Of a stretch of 64,000 bases of DNA, positions 52,831-64,000 are shown piece after piece. The DNA comes from Octopus vulgaris (taxonomy: Eukaryota), in assembly GCA_951406725.2 (NCBI GenBank), contig OX597826.1, positions 70,122,001 through 70,186,000 of the forward strand, read 5' to 3'. Position 1 is the stretch's first letter, and each line of letters starts with the position of its first letter. The notes under the pieces were generated by a model that saw nothing but the letters and a program-made list of their open reading frames with translations, ran no database searches and was not told the DNA's origin. Made by a program: the position numbers and the translations under genes.

Positions 52831-53191
52831 ATATATTTATATATATATATATACATGTAGATGTAGGTACAACATAAGTATGTATGCATATATTTTATTC
52901 ATTACACTATTGTATGACTAAGCGCCCTCGCGTCGATTCGATTCGTTTCGTTTCGTTTCTTCTTCTCCAAGTACAGTTTTTATATATATATATATATTGC
53001 AAATAAGAAAATGGAGGAGAACAATAGTTGGTTCATCAACTTTAGAACATTAAAAGTGCTAACTTATTTATTTATTAAGCTGATAATTATAATAACATAC
53101 ATACATATAGTATATTATTCTAAGCATATAAGATAAGGATACAAGTAATTATTAAAAAAACATGAATATATAACCACTAACTTTCTTGGAG

Positions 53192-53255
<64 letters not shown>

Positions 53256-53848
53256 ATACATCATACTTAGATGTGAATACGCACACATATTCATAATACA
53301 TGCACATATATATAGACACACATATATATACATAAGTACATATGTATACTCACACACAGACACGTACTCGCATACAGAATTATATCAAGGCAGGAAAGTA
53401 TCTGCTTCGTAGATAATTCATGATTTAATAATTTGAGGACAGTTAAATTATACATTATGAATCTTCCTATAAAATTCCTGCTTTTATGCTTTATTTTTAT
53501 TATTATAATGTGATGGGTTTCCACTATCGTTTTAGCCGATTCGTTATGTGCACGCAAATTTATCCTGCTAATATCTGTTGCATTGTAATAAAGAATTAGA
53601 ATTTAACGATGTGTTAATAATTAAGCTCTTAAATACCGTAGTTATAGTTTATGATGTTTATACACCAATTTAGTATATGGAAATATATATGTAGCGCGAT
53701 TTTGGGGTCTAAATTGTCTTCAATCTCTCATAATACCTCGTATAACATGCAGTGCTGTAGAACTGCTACGAGAGTAGATGATCTACTATAATCAGATATA
53801 TTAATTTTTAATATCTCATTATGTATGTATGTATGTATGTAGGTATGT

Positions 53849-54260
53849 GAAGCTGCGTGGCTTAGCGGTTAGGGTTTTCGGCTTATGATTGTAAGGTCGT
53901 GAGTTCAATTCCCGGCGACGCGTTGTGTCCTTGAGCAAGACACTTTATTTCCCGTCACTCATGCCCAGTCCACTCAGCTGGCAAAAATAAGTAGTACCTG
54001 TATTTCAAAGGGCCGGCCTTGTCACACTTTGTGTCACGCTGAATATCCCTGAGAACTACGTTAAGGGGGTACTCGTGTCTGTGGAGTGCTCAGCCACTTG
54101 CTTATTAATTTCACGAGCATGCTGTTCGGGAAAGGAGATCGATAGAATAAGTACCAGACTTTACAAAAAATTACTACCGGTATCGATACATATAACTAAA
54201 GTTTAGTCAAGGTGGTGCTCCAGTGTGGCCACAATCTAATTACTGATACAAATAAAAGAT
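53849..54260 (+). mobile_element. SINE family 3 joined to a SINE family 1 tail
   Basis: tggcttagcggtta, gagttcaattccc, gtccttgagcaagacac; from ~54125 gttcgggaaaggagatcgatagaataagtacc...ggtgctccagtgtggcc. Confidence 0.8.
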
Positions 54261-54261
54261 A

Positions 54262-54445
54262 TATAGTTAAAATTTACAGAGAAACACAAAAGACGAAGAC
54301 AGATGTATAAACAACACGCTGGTATATTAGTTTGACGCTTGGGAAAGTGAGAAAGTCTTTAATATTTCGAGCCTATGCTCTTCAGCAGAACGGAACACGA
54401 AGAAATAAACGGAGAGAACAAAAAAAAAACCTTGTGGATTTAGCA
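54262..54445 (-). mobile_element. Hammerhead-bearing element P2, copy C
   Basis: Minus strand cgtt-CTGCTGA-AGAGC-atag-GCTC-GAAA-ta-tt-AAAG at 54357-54392. Confidence 0.72.
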
Positions 54446-54459
54446 ATTAATATAATTTA

Positions 54460-54612
54460 CTCTGCCCCGCTGAGTTCGGCGTTGCCTTTCATCCTTTCGG
54501 GGTCGATTAAATAAGTACCAGTTACACACTGGGGTCAATGTAATCAACTTAATCCCTTTGTTTATCCTTGTTTGTCCCCTCTGTGTTTAGCCCCCTGTGG
54601 GTAATAAAGTAA
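54460..54612 (+). mobile_element. SINE family 2, 3' part
   Basis: gcctttcatcctttcggggtcgattaaataagtaccag...gtaataaag. Confidence 0.88.
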
Positions 54613-55082
54613 TAAATATACTTATTCTGTCGTTAGTGAGGATAAAAAGAGCTTTTGCAAATAACATTCATGATACTCACCCCTGGTCTCCAATTTTTTT
54701 TATTTTTGACAAGAAAAATATGCATACTATACAGAGAGTTTTACGGTACATAATTCTTAGTTTTTAAATCTCCTCCGTGGCCTAATTAAAGCTAAAAGTA
54801 ATTTAGGACACCGTTATTTCCATCGATGTATCACAAAGGAAAATCCTAAAAACCCATTCTTGTGTGACACAAAGACGAATATATATGTGCTTCAGTATTT
54901 TCGAATGCCCACGGTTGAGTGACTGGCTATAATACAAAATGAAATTAACCTTGAACTATACGGTAGTTGGAGTCAGAAAATTATGGGTTTCAATGTCAGG
55001 ACTTTCAATATATATATATATGATCTGTAGATAATTTTCCACTATCTTGTTAAGACAGTTATTATTTCTCGTTCATATTATG

Positions 55083-55218
55083 TGTGTGGGAGTGGTAAGA
55101 AGTTTGCTTACCAGCCACATGGTCCCACTACGTGGCACCTTGGGCAAGCGTCTTCTACTGTAGCCTAGGGCCGACCAAAGCCCTGTGAGCGAATTTGGTA
55201 GATGGAAACTGAAAGAAG

Positions 55219-55290
<72 letters not shown>

Positions 55291-55603
55291 CATATACATA
55301 CAGATATATATACATATACATATAGATATATAGATATATGTTTGTGTGTCTGTGTTTCTGTCACCCCTCCAACGCTTGACAACCGATAGTAGTGTGTTTA
55401 CTTCCACGTAAATTAGCGGTTCGGCAAAAGAGAACGATAGAATAAGTACTAGGCTTATGAAGAATAAGTCCTGGGGTCGATTTGTTCGACTAAAAGGCGG
55501 AGCTCCAGCATGGCCGCAGTCAAATGACTGAAACAAGTAAAAGTATATATATATATTCTTTATTCTTTTACTTGTTTCATTAATTTGACTGCGGCCATAC
55601 TGG
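55083..55603 (+). mobile_element. SINE family 1 followed by an inverted copy of its own tail
   Basis: Plus copy to ~55545; 55564-55603 is the reverse complement of 55505-55542; a SINE family 2 copy follows at 55615-55775. Confidence 0.88.
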
Positions 55604-56860
55604 ATATATATATAAGGCGGACTGGCAGAAATGCTTAGCGGCATTTCGTCTGCCTTTACGTTCTGAGCTCAGATTCTGCCGAGGTTGACTTTGTACTTCC
55701 TTTCTGAATCGATGGAATACGTACCAGTTGAGCACTGGGGTCGATCTAATCGATTCACTCCCTTCCCCGAAATTACATCCAAAGTAATATTCAGTACATT
55801 CGTGTGTACTTGAACGTGAGAAGACTTTCCGATGCGGAGATAGTCCTTGTAGAAAATTCTTTTACACACTTGTCTAAAGGAAAACGTTTCAGCCGGGACA
55901 ATGTTCGCAGTGGACTGTCTTCACATCAGAGTGAACTCGGACGTGTTGAATATGACTTTACACGAATGCATTTTGGACAATGCAGGTTCTTGCGATATAA
56001 CATATATTATGCAAGAAGGAGCTTTCTGTAATAGCCACGCAATTCTCTGAATCCATGTCTTACACAATACACACACACACATATATATATGATGAATGTG
56101 TGTGAATGCGTATGAGTGTTTTTCGCGTGCTTTTGAAGAAACTTATTAAAAGTTCTTTGTAGACATAAGATTGACTTAAACCTCATCAGCAATGCAGACT
56201 TTTCTTCGCTCAACGAAACAGGTGACATTTCATTTTAAGACACAGACATTTCATCCTTGTGACTCTTACACACATGAGCTTTGAACAGGAGCGTGATTAG
56301 AATTCAAAATGTCTAAGTCGACCGAATAACGAAGACAACAATTTAGTAAAAAACATTGTTTTGTCGGTGGGCAGAAACATCAAACCAGTTCTTAGGACAA
56401 ATCGATTTGGTGAAGATAAAACGACTTCGCCAACATAAAACAATTTGATTTCTCAGACCATGCACGAAGTTAAAATGAGTTTCGTACTTGAGAAAGAATT
56501 ACTGCGAAAGAATTCATCTATGTCGAGTGGCTGTCGCTGCCGATTAATCTAAGAGACATAAAACCAGAGTGGTTAGTTGTCTTACCGTCTTCACCAAAGA
56601 ATTGTCTTGTTTTATTTTTTGATTTTTAATCTTCGCCTAAAGAATCAGTCTGACGCCTTCTGTCGACCATCAAGCGAAAAATATACCAAATTACTGTCTT
56701 CTTTCTACACAGCACGAGGTCGATTTTGACAATGTCGGTTCGATCTCGAAACATCGATACAATGAAATGAATGTTACCCATTTCAAGTAAAAATACTGTT
56801 GATTGTTCAATCACACACACACACACACACACAAACACACACGTCCCTGTTATATTATAG

Positions 56861-57005
56861 TCTTATGACAGCCAATTTACTTTCTTTACCATGAAGTTTC
56901 ATGCAGAAAATAGAGAGGCAAAACTCAGCAATCATCGGAGATGATTGCTGATTTCGCAACGGAAAATTTATGTTACGTAGCAACATAAATTGGCTGTCAT
57001 GAAGA
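56861..57005. other. 145-bp foldback with three internal hairpins (MITE-like or structured element)
   Basis: Outer tcttatgacagccaattta / taaattggctgtcatgaaga; inner catgaa/ttcatg, tcagcaatcatc/gatgattgctga, aatttatgtt/aacataaatt. Confidence 0.7.
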
Positions 57006-57023
57006 TGTAATATTTTACGAATG

Positions 57024-57074
<51 letters not shown>

Positions 57075-57149
57075 GTAATAATAATAATATTTATATGATA
57101 CCCACTCTATTACCAAATATGTGGGTGTCTGGTATGAAAAATTGAAAAT

Positions 57150-57181
<32 letters not shown>

Positions 57182-57641
57182 CCCTATATATTAATATATA
57201 TACAAACACACACATACATACATACAGACAGATAGGCAGACAGACAGACAACGAAAGCTTGTTAGTCAAAGTGATATTGCGACTATTTTCGTTTGCATCA
57301 ATTTGTATTTCTGTAAATGTCATCTGTCGGCCGATATATAATCGAACCACGTGGTTTCGATGAATGTGCCGTATCGCGCACGCGGTCGTGTGTTTATGCA
57401 TATGGATACTCATATATGCATATTCAAATGTATGTATGTATATATGTATAAATATATATGGTAAAATGTGTATGTGGTGTATATATATGTGTGTGTGTAT
57501 GCGTGTATATAGAATCAAACAGCCGAAATCTGCGATGAGGAATCGGTTTCTGACTGAAGAACGAAGGCTTTGAATGACCCGTCTGTCTCTTATGTTCATC
57601 CCTTCGTGTATTTCACATTATTTATTTATGTAAAGGTTTAT

Positions 57642-57703
<62 letters not shown>

Positions 57704-57708
<5 letters not shown>

Positions 57709-57882
57709 ATCCAAACAAGAAAACAAAAAGACAACAACGCAAGGATGTGGAACAAATAAAGTATTATTGGACGCTCAGGAAAGAAGGGAAGAAGGAGGGT
57801 TTGATGTTTCGAGCGGAGCTCTTCGTCGGAAACATAGGAGAAGGAAAGATCCCGAGAAGGGAAGACAGAGGAAAAAAAAAAT
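57704..57882 (-). mobile_element. Hammerhead-bearing element P1, copy C
   Basis: Minus strand GTTT-CCGACGA-AGAGC-tcc-GCTC-GAAA-ca-TC-AAAC at 57799-57833; 3' end abuts (TA)n. Confidence 0.8.
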
Positions 57883-57968
57883 CCCTTGATAGAGTAACTA
57901 CTGCATTTGTTGGGTATATAAACAATTTGGCTGCTTGCTTCTCTGGAGACTGTCAGAATGATGTAGAC

Positions 57969-58011
57969 GCCTCTGATGAGAACCCAATACGGTTCGAAAA
58001 TCGACTAAGGT
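57969..58011 (+). ncRNA. Type I minimal hammerhead ribozyme with canonical core
   Basis: GCCT-CTGATGA-GAACC-caatac-GGTTC-GAAA-atcgac-TA-AGGT: intact CUGAUGA and GAAA, 5-bp stem II, stem I GCCT/AGGT, predicted cleavage after A58007. Confidence 0.75.
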
Positions 58012-58135
58012 TGTTCATCTTTTCAGTCTGCGGAGAAATGACTACAATTTGCCATGTTTATAATTTAAACTATGCTATATATATATATATAGATATATAT
58101 ATCTGTACCTGTACATACATATATATATATATATT

Positions 58136-58659
<524 letters not shown>

Positions 58660-58999
58660 TTATATATATGTTTATACATACATGCATAACGTGTACGTAC
58701 ATTTATATACAAATGTATGTGTACATATGCATGTATTTACATACCTTTAATGTGTGTGTGTGATGGAGGGGGTATTTCGATACATACGTACGTACGTACA
58801 TACGTTCTCGTGTCAGAAGTTAACTAAAAGATTAGTTCCAGCCAACTTAACGTTACACGCTATAAGATGCTAGATAAAATTTACCATTCTCCTCTCTCTC
58901 TCTTTCCTCTCTTCTGTCTTTCAACTCTCTTTCTTCCCCCTATCTCTCTCTGTACTTTTCTCTCTTTCTTTCTCTCTCTCTCCCTAACACATCTATATA

Positions 59000-59113
59000 C
59001 TGACATTCAGAAATATATACAAATACAGACACGAACATAAAGACTACGGCGCTCACTTACTCACACCTACACAGGCTGTCACACGTTGCGTAGTTACCCG
59101 CGCACTCACATAG
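59000..59113 (+). other. Candidate alternative non-coding 5' exon
   Basis: CpG-containing unique island after a CT-rich tract, ending TAG|GTAACG; shares actcacacctacac and cactcacatag with 14145-14190. Confidence 0.25.
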
Positions 59114-59397
59114 GTAACGGTAAAAAGTCACACACGCACTATTTTTGTTTTTGGACCGTTAAATATTGTTTAATGTTTTCGCATACAAAATGTTGTTGTT
59201 GTTGATATTATAGTTGCTTGTTTGATGTAGGAAATGTTGTGGTTGTTGTTATTGTTATTTTAAACAGAGTTTATTTTTTAAAATTCTTTTTTTTATATTC
59301 TTTTTATTTTTTTTTATTTTAAACTGCTACCGAATTTTAGATTTCTGCAAAAGTGGAAAATTTTAAATAAAAAAATAAGAAATTATGCATATTTGCA

Positions 59398-59434
<37 letters not shown>

Positions 59435-60308
59435 CTCTCACATTTATACATATATATATATTATAAATATCCGTATATATGTGTGTTTGTGTGTGAGTAT
59501 ACACGGGCACAAAACGTGTGTGTATATATATATATGTATATATGTATACATGTGAGTGTATATTACACACAGACACACACACACACTTGCAAATATATTT
59601 ATATAATGATATATATATATATAATTATGTATATGTGCATATATATATATACATTGAATTTATGTGTGTATGTATTTATCTATGAATATCTAGTCATATA
59701 TATATGTATATATATCTTTGAATTTATACATGTTTATGTGTGTGTATGTGTGTGTGTGTGTGTACAAATATATAGATGTGTATGCATATATACTCACACC
59801 TCCACAAATATATATGTATGTACATACATAAACACATACCTAATAAACATTCATAAACACATATACCTACGTACATATATATATATATGTATGTGTAAAT
59901 TTTTGTTAGCTTAAGAATGTTTTTGTTTTTTTACAAATTTCTGTTGCTGTTCTAGGTGTTGTTGTTGTTGTTGTTGTCACTAGTGGTGTTGGTGGTGGTG
60001 GTGGTGGTGGTGCTGCTGCTGCTTGAAATTGGCCTTTTATCTATTTTTTTGTACGATGGTGGGGAGGTGGTAAGGTCGTAAGGTGGTGGGTGATAGTTTA
60101 GATTTTCTGCTGATTCAAAATGAAACAAATCTGGAATTATGTATGGATGTAGGTGTATATATATATATATATATATATGCATATGTGTAGATATGTAGGC
60201 GTGCGTGTGTGTGTCTATATATATATATATATGTGTGTGTGTGTATGTATATTTCTGTATATATATATATATGACTGTATGTATTCGTATATATTTATAT
60301 ATATATGT

Positions 60309-60460
60309 ATCCCCGTCACTTAGCGGTTCGGCAAAAGAGACCGATAGAATAAGTACTAGGCTTTCAAAGAATAAGTTCCAGGGTCGATTTGCTCGACTAA
60401 AGGCAGTGCTCCAGCATGGCCGCAGTCAAATGACTGAAACAAGTAAAAGAGTAAATAGAG
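60309..60460 (+). mobile_element. SINE family 1 tail
   Basis: ccccgtcacttagcggttcggc ... gaaacaagtaaaagagtaa. Confidence 0.9.
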
Positions 60461-60463
60461 TAT

Positions 60464-60582
<119 letters not shown>

Positions 60583-60634
60583 GTATGTATATGTATATAT
60601 ATATATGTATATATATGTATGTATGAACTCCATT

Positions 60635-60702
60635 GGCTTACAGTTGTTTCTGCTATGAAATGCATTGCACTCGTAGTATTACCATAAAGTTTCATCGGAG
60701 CT
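60635..60702 (-). ncRNA. Hammerhead-like motif P3, second copy
   Basis: Minus strand AGCT-CCGATGA-a...catagc-A-GAAA-CAACTG-TA-AGCC-aatg; shares both ends with 40160-40250. Confidence 0.55.
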
Positions 60703-61009
60703 TCATACATGAAGTGCAATTTCATTTGGGAAAACATTTACATTTATATATATACCCCCAAAAGTATTACCAACGCAAAAGCATACATATATCTAGGTAA
60801 AGAATTCAGGAGTTTCAGGGAGAGAGAGAGGGAGAGGGGGAGGCTCTTCCCAGAAGCAGAATTAAATGAATCTAACTGATCTATCTATCTTGATCTATTT
60901 AGTTTCAGCTAATGAGCTGTGGCATCTATATGTTTGTCTGCCATTTACTATCTATCTATCTATCTATCTGTTTGTGTGCCATCTATCTGTCTATCTATCT
61001 ATCTATCTA

Positions 61010-61062
<53 letters not shown>

Positions 61063-61564
61063 GTTTGTCTGTCTGCCAGTCTATCTAAATGTCTATCTAT
61101 CTCTCTATCTATCTATATTTGTGTGTGTGTGTGTGTGTGTAGAGACAGAGAGAGAGAGAGACGCACGCACAGAAGCACACACACAAAAACCACACCCAAA
61201 AGACTAGAATCCGAGAAACGTCGAAAGGAACAAAGGACGAGCAGAAAATGGAAGAACGGAATAAATGGGACATAAATAAGAAGTGGTTATAAAAATTGGG
61301 AGATTGGAAACCGAAAACCGAAGTAGTTATGGAGAAATATTAGGAAGGAGGAAAACATTGATTGATTTTATTGATTGATTTCATTGATTGATTGATTGAT
61401 TGATTGATGGATTGATGGGACGGTGGACACGTACACACACGAACCTCTAAAACCGCACACAGACACCCATTACAGGCACACTCACGCATGCGCACACTCA
61501 CGTGTACGCAGCGCCAGCGGAGACTATTTGCTTTTCAAAGTATTTGATGTCAGTAAATGATATT

Positions 61565-62165
61565 TCTTCTCCTTCTTCTTCTTCTTCTTCTTCTTCTTCT
61601 TCTTCTTCTTCTTCTTCTTCTTCTTCTTCTTCTTCTTCTTCTTCTTCTTCTTCTTCTTCTTCTTCTTCTTCTTCTTCTTCTCCTCCTTCTTCTTCTTCTT
61701 CTTCTTCTTCTTCTCCTTCTTCTTCTTCTTCTCCTTCTTCTTCTTTCTGAATTTGACATTGGGTAAATTGATGAAACACTAGAAGCTGGTAATCAGATGG
61801 TTATGGTTTCAAATTTGCTCTCTTTCTTTCTTTTTTTCTTTCCTTCTCTCTTTCTTTACTTCTTTCTTCAATCTCTTTTCTTTCTTGCTTTCTTTGTTCT
61901 TGTTTTTCTTTTTTCAAATTGTCATTGTTCATTATTTCTTCTTCTTCTTCTTCCTTCTTCTTCTTCTTCTTCTTCTTCTTCTTCTTCTTCTTCTTCTTCT
62001 TCTTCTTCTTTGTCGTTCTTCTTCTTTTCTTCTTCTTCTTCTTCTTCTTCTTCTTCTTCTTCTTCCTTCTTCTTCTTCTTCTTCTTCTTCTTCTTCTTCT
62101 TCTTCTTCTTCTTCTTCTTCTTCTTCTTCTTCTCCCGTCTTCTTTCGTCATCATCATCATCATAA
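61565..62165. repeat. Two long (TTC)n tracts
   Basis: Direct: 61565-61745 and 61937-62135. Confidence 0.97.
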
Positions 62166-62459
62166 TCCTCATCATCTTGATCGTTGTTGTCATTATTGCC
62201 ATTTTAATTTGATGCAGAAGTGTCAGCTTCCTTCAAGATGTCGGGTGGCGATGATAATTGTTGGGTGGCGTTGAGTAGGTGGGTGTATGCGTTGGCTGGT
62301 GGGGGGTCGGTGGACAAAACTAGCCGTGTATTCGACAATATTATATTAAGGTTGTATGGCAGTTTTTATGTATGGGTGTCTTCGTATATGATTATAAGTG
62401 AATAGACACATATATTTCCATACATATGTGCACGTGTGTGTGTGTGAGTATATCCTTCC

Positions 62460-62830
62460 ACTGGTTTCTGTCGTTAGACTGCGGCCATGCTGGTGCACCG
62501 CCTTGAATTTTTAGACGAATGAATCGACCCCTGTACATACCTTATTTTTTAAAACCTGGTACCTCTATTGTTCTCTTTGGCCGAACCGCTATGTTATGCA
62601 TACATAAACACACTAACGCTAGTTGTCGATTGGTGATGAGGGACAAACGCACGCACAAACACACACACATACACACACAACGAGCTTCTTTCAGTTTCCT
62701 CCTATCAAATCCACTCACAATGCTTTGGTCGACCCCAAGCTATATTAGAAGATACTTGCCCAAGGTGCCTTGCAGTGGGACTGAACCCGGAACCATGTGG
62801 TTGGGAAGCAAACTTCTTATCATGCAGGCA
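62460..62830 (-). mobile_element. SINE family 1, diverged
   Basis: gactgcggccatgctggtgcaccgcc ... gggactgaacccggaaccatgtggttgggaagc. Confidence 0.88.
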
Positions 62831-62889
62831 CAACTAACGTATATACATGTATATATGTGTATGTATATATATATCTTAGCTTAGATTTT

Positions 62890-63085
62890 TAGGACTAGCC
62901 AGATTTGAAGAGTCTCAAGTGTAACTGGCCGAAACTGTAAGGATAATTTGGAAACTTGACGGATGAGAGAAGACTGCGAATGACCCGTCCTTGTTTTTTC
63001 CTGTCCGTCTTTGTATCGTTTATTTGTTCGGTCGTTTTATTGTCGTCTGTTGCGTTCTTGTTCCATTTTTCCGATTTATATATAT
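62890..63085 (+). mobile_element. Probable further Penelope-type terminal fragment (related to 57510-57620)
   Basis: Both loci share gccgaaa...gac(t/g)ga(a/t)ga...gaatgacccgtc followed by a U-rich tail and (TA)n; core ttgaaga...ggccgaaactgta is degenerate. Confidence 0.35.
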
Positions 63086-63124
63086 TAAACGATACTAAGC
63101 CCAACTACACACATACATAAACAA

Positions 63125-63164
<40 letters not shown>

Positions 63165-63192
63165 CTGCGCGTACGCACATACACACACATAC

Positions 63193-63419
63193 CTCCTTCT
63201 CTTGCACGGTCATTTCAATATGTGACCGCGAGTGTATCGTTGGCGATTTTCTTTCTCCGTCTTCCTTTCTTTGGACTTTTTCTATATTTCCGATGAAGAG
63301 CACCGCTCGAAACGTGAAATACTCTTTCTTTTCTTTCCTTCCTGAGCGTCCAATAACACTGTACTTATTCCACGTACTCGCGTTGTTGTTTTTTCTTGCT
63401 TGTTCATGTTTGGATTGAC

Positions 63420-63420
<1 letters not shown>
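63193..63420 (+). mobile_element. Hammerhead-bearing element P1, copy D (longest)
   Basis: TATTT-CCGATGA-AGAGC-acc-GCTC-GAAA-cg-tg-AAATA at 63285-63321; 3' end abuts (TA)n. Confidence 0.8.
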
Positions 63421-63493
<73 letters not shown>

Positions 63494-63611
63494 GTATTTT
63501 GTAAAATAGCAAACCACTCGATGCCTCTAAGTCTACTTATAAAACACTCGCGTGCGCGGACATGATATATATATGCCCGTGAGGAGGGATAGATTCGTTT
63601 ATTTGTGTGTG

Positions 63612-63669
<58 letters not shown>

Positions 63670-63778
63670 TGTACGTGTCTGCATGTAGTGAAAATAAGGA
63701 ACCTTAACCACCGCGACACACCCTCATTCTTGTAGCCTTGATATCACTGTGCTTTGCAGTTGTGGCTGTTGTTATTAC

Positions 63779-63841
<63 letters not shown>

Positions 63842-64000
63842 ACGTGTGCAATGATTGAATATCATATATCTGAATTATATATCCATGTTGTATAAATAAG
63901 ATTAAGGAGCGCAAGAAATGTTAGTTTGCCGCTGTAATAACAATTAAATTACATCCCTAAAAATTAGCAGTGGCATTTGATTCCACCCGCACCCCACCCC

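Noticed and set aside
55804-56031. 75-aa ORF of normal complexity
   Set aside because: No recognisable motif, non-ATG start, no convincing flanking splice sites
56586-56636. Minus-strand exon candidate (tttag|...acg|gtaag)
   Set aside because: Stop codons in all three frames and no other support
61498-62274. Poly-E/R/K/S ORFs
   Set aside because: Pure (TTC)n tracts that are open in most frames

Overview
Eukaryotic, AT-rich, essentially non-coding DNA saturated with microsatellites ((CA)n, (TA)n, (GA)n, (GATA)n, (CATA)n, (TTC)n, (CTA)n, (AAT)n). The repeat content strongly resembles an octopus (coleoid cephalopod) genome; this is pattern recognition, not a database result. None of the supplied ORFs is a credible protein, since nearly all are translated simple repeats or SINE sequence. 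The only gene-like signal is a candidate first exon at ~13976-14606 (+), with an Inr-like TCAGTC after a GA tract and ATG AAC CCC AAG|GTAAGT. The rest of the window may be one long intron, with a possible second 5' exon near 59.1 kb. Interspersed repeats are three tRNA-derived SINE families, an older retroposon ending in (AAC)n that has spawned an 83-bp tandem array, several TIR MITEs and a Helitron 5' fragment. The most interesting signal is about 11 minimal hammerhead-ribozyme motifs between 33 and 63.4 kb. They fall into at least four sequence families, sit in ~150-230 bp non-coding elements mostly ending at (TA)n tracts, and show compensatory base pairing in stem I and a palindromic stem III. 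They look like Penelope-derived non-autonomous, retrozyme-like elements. Repeat boundaries were read by eye and are approximate unless stated otherwise.
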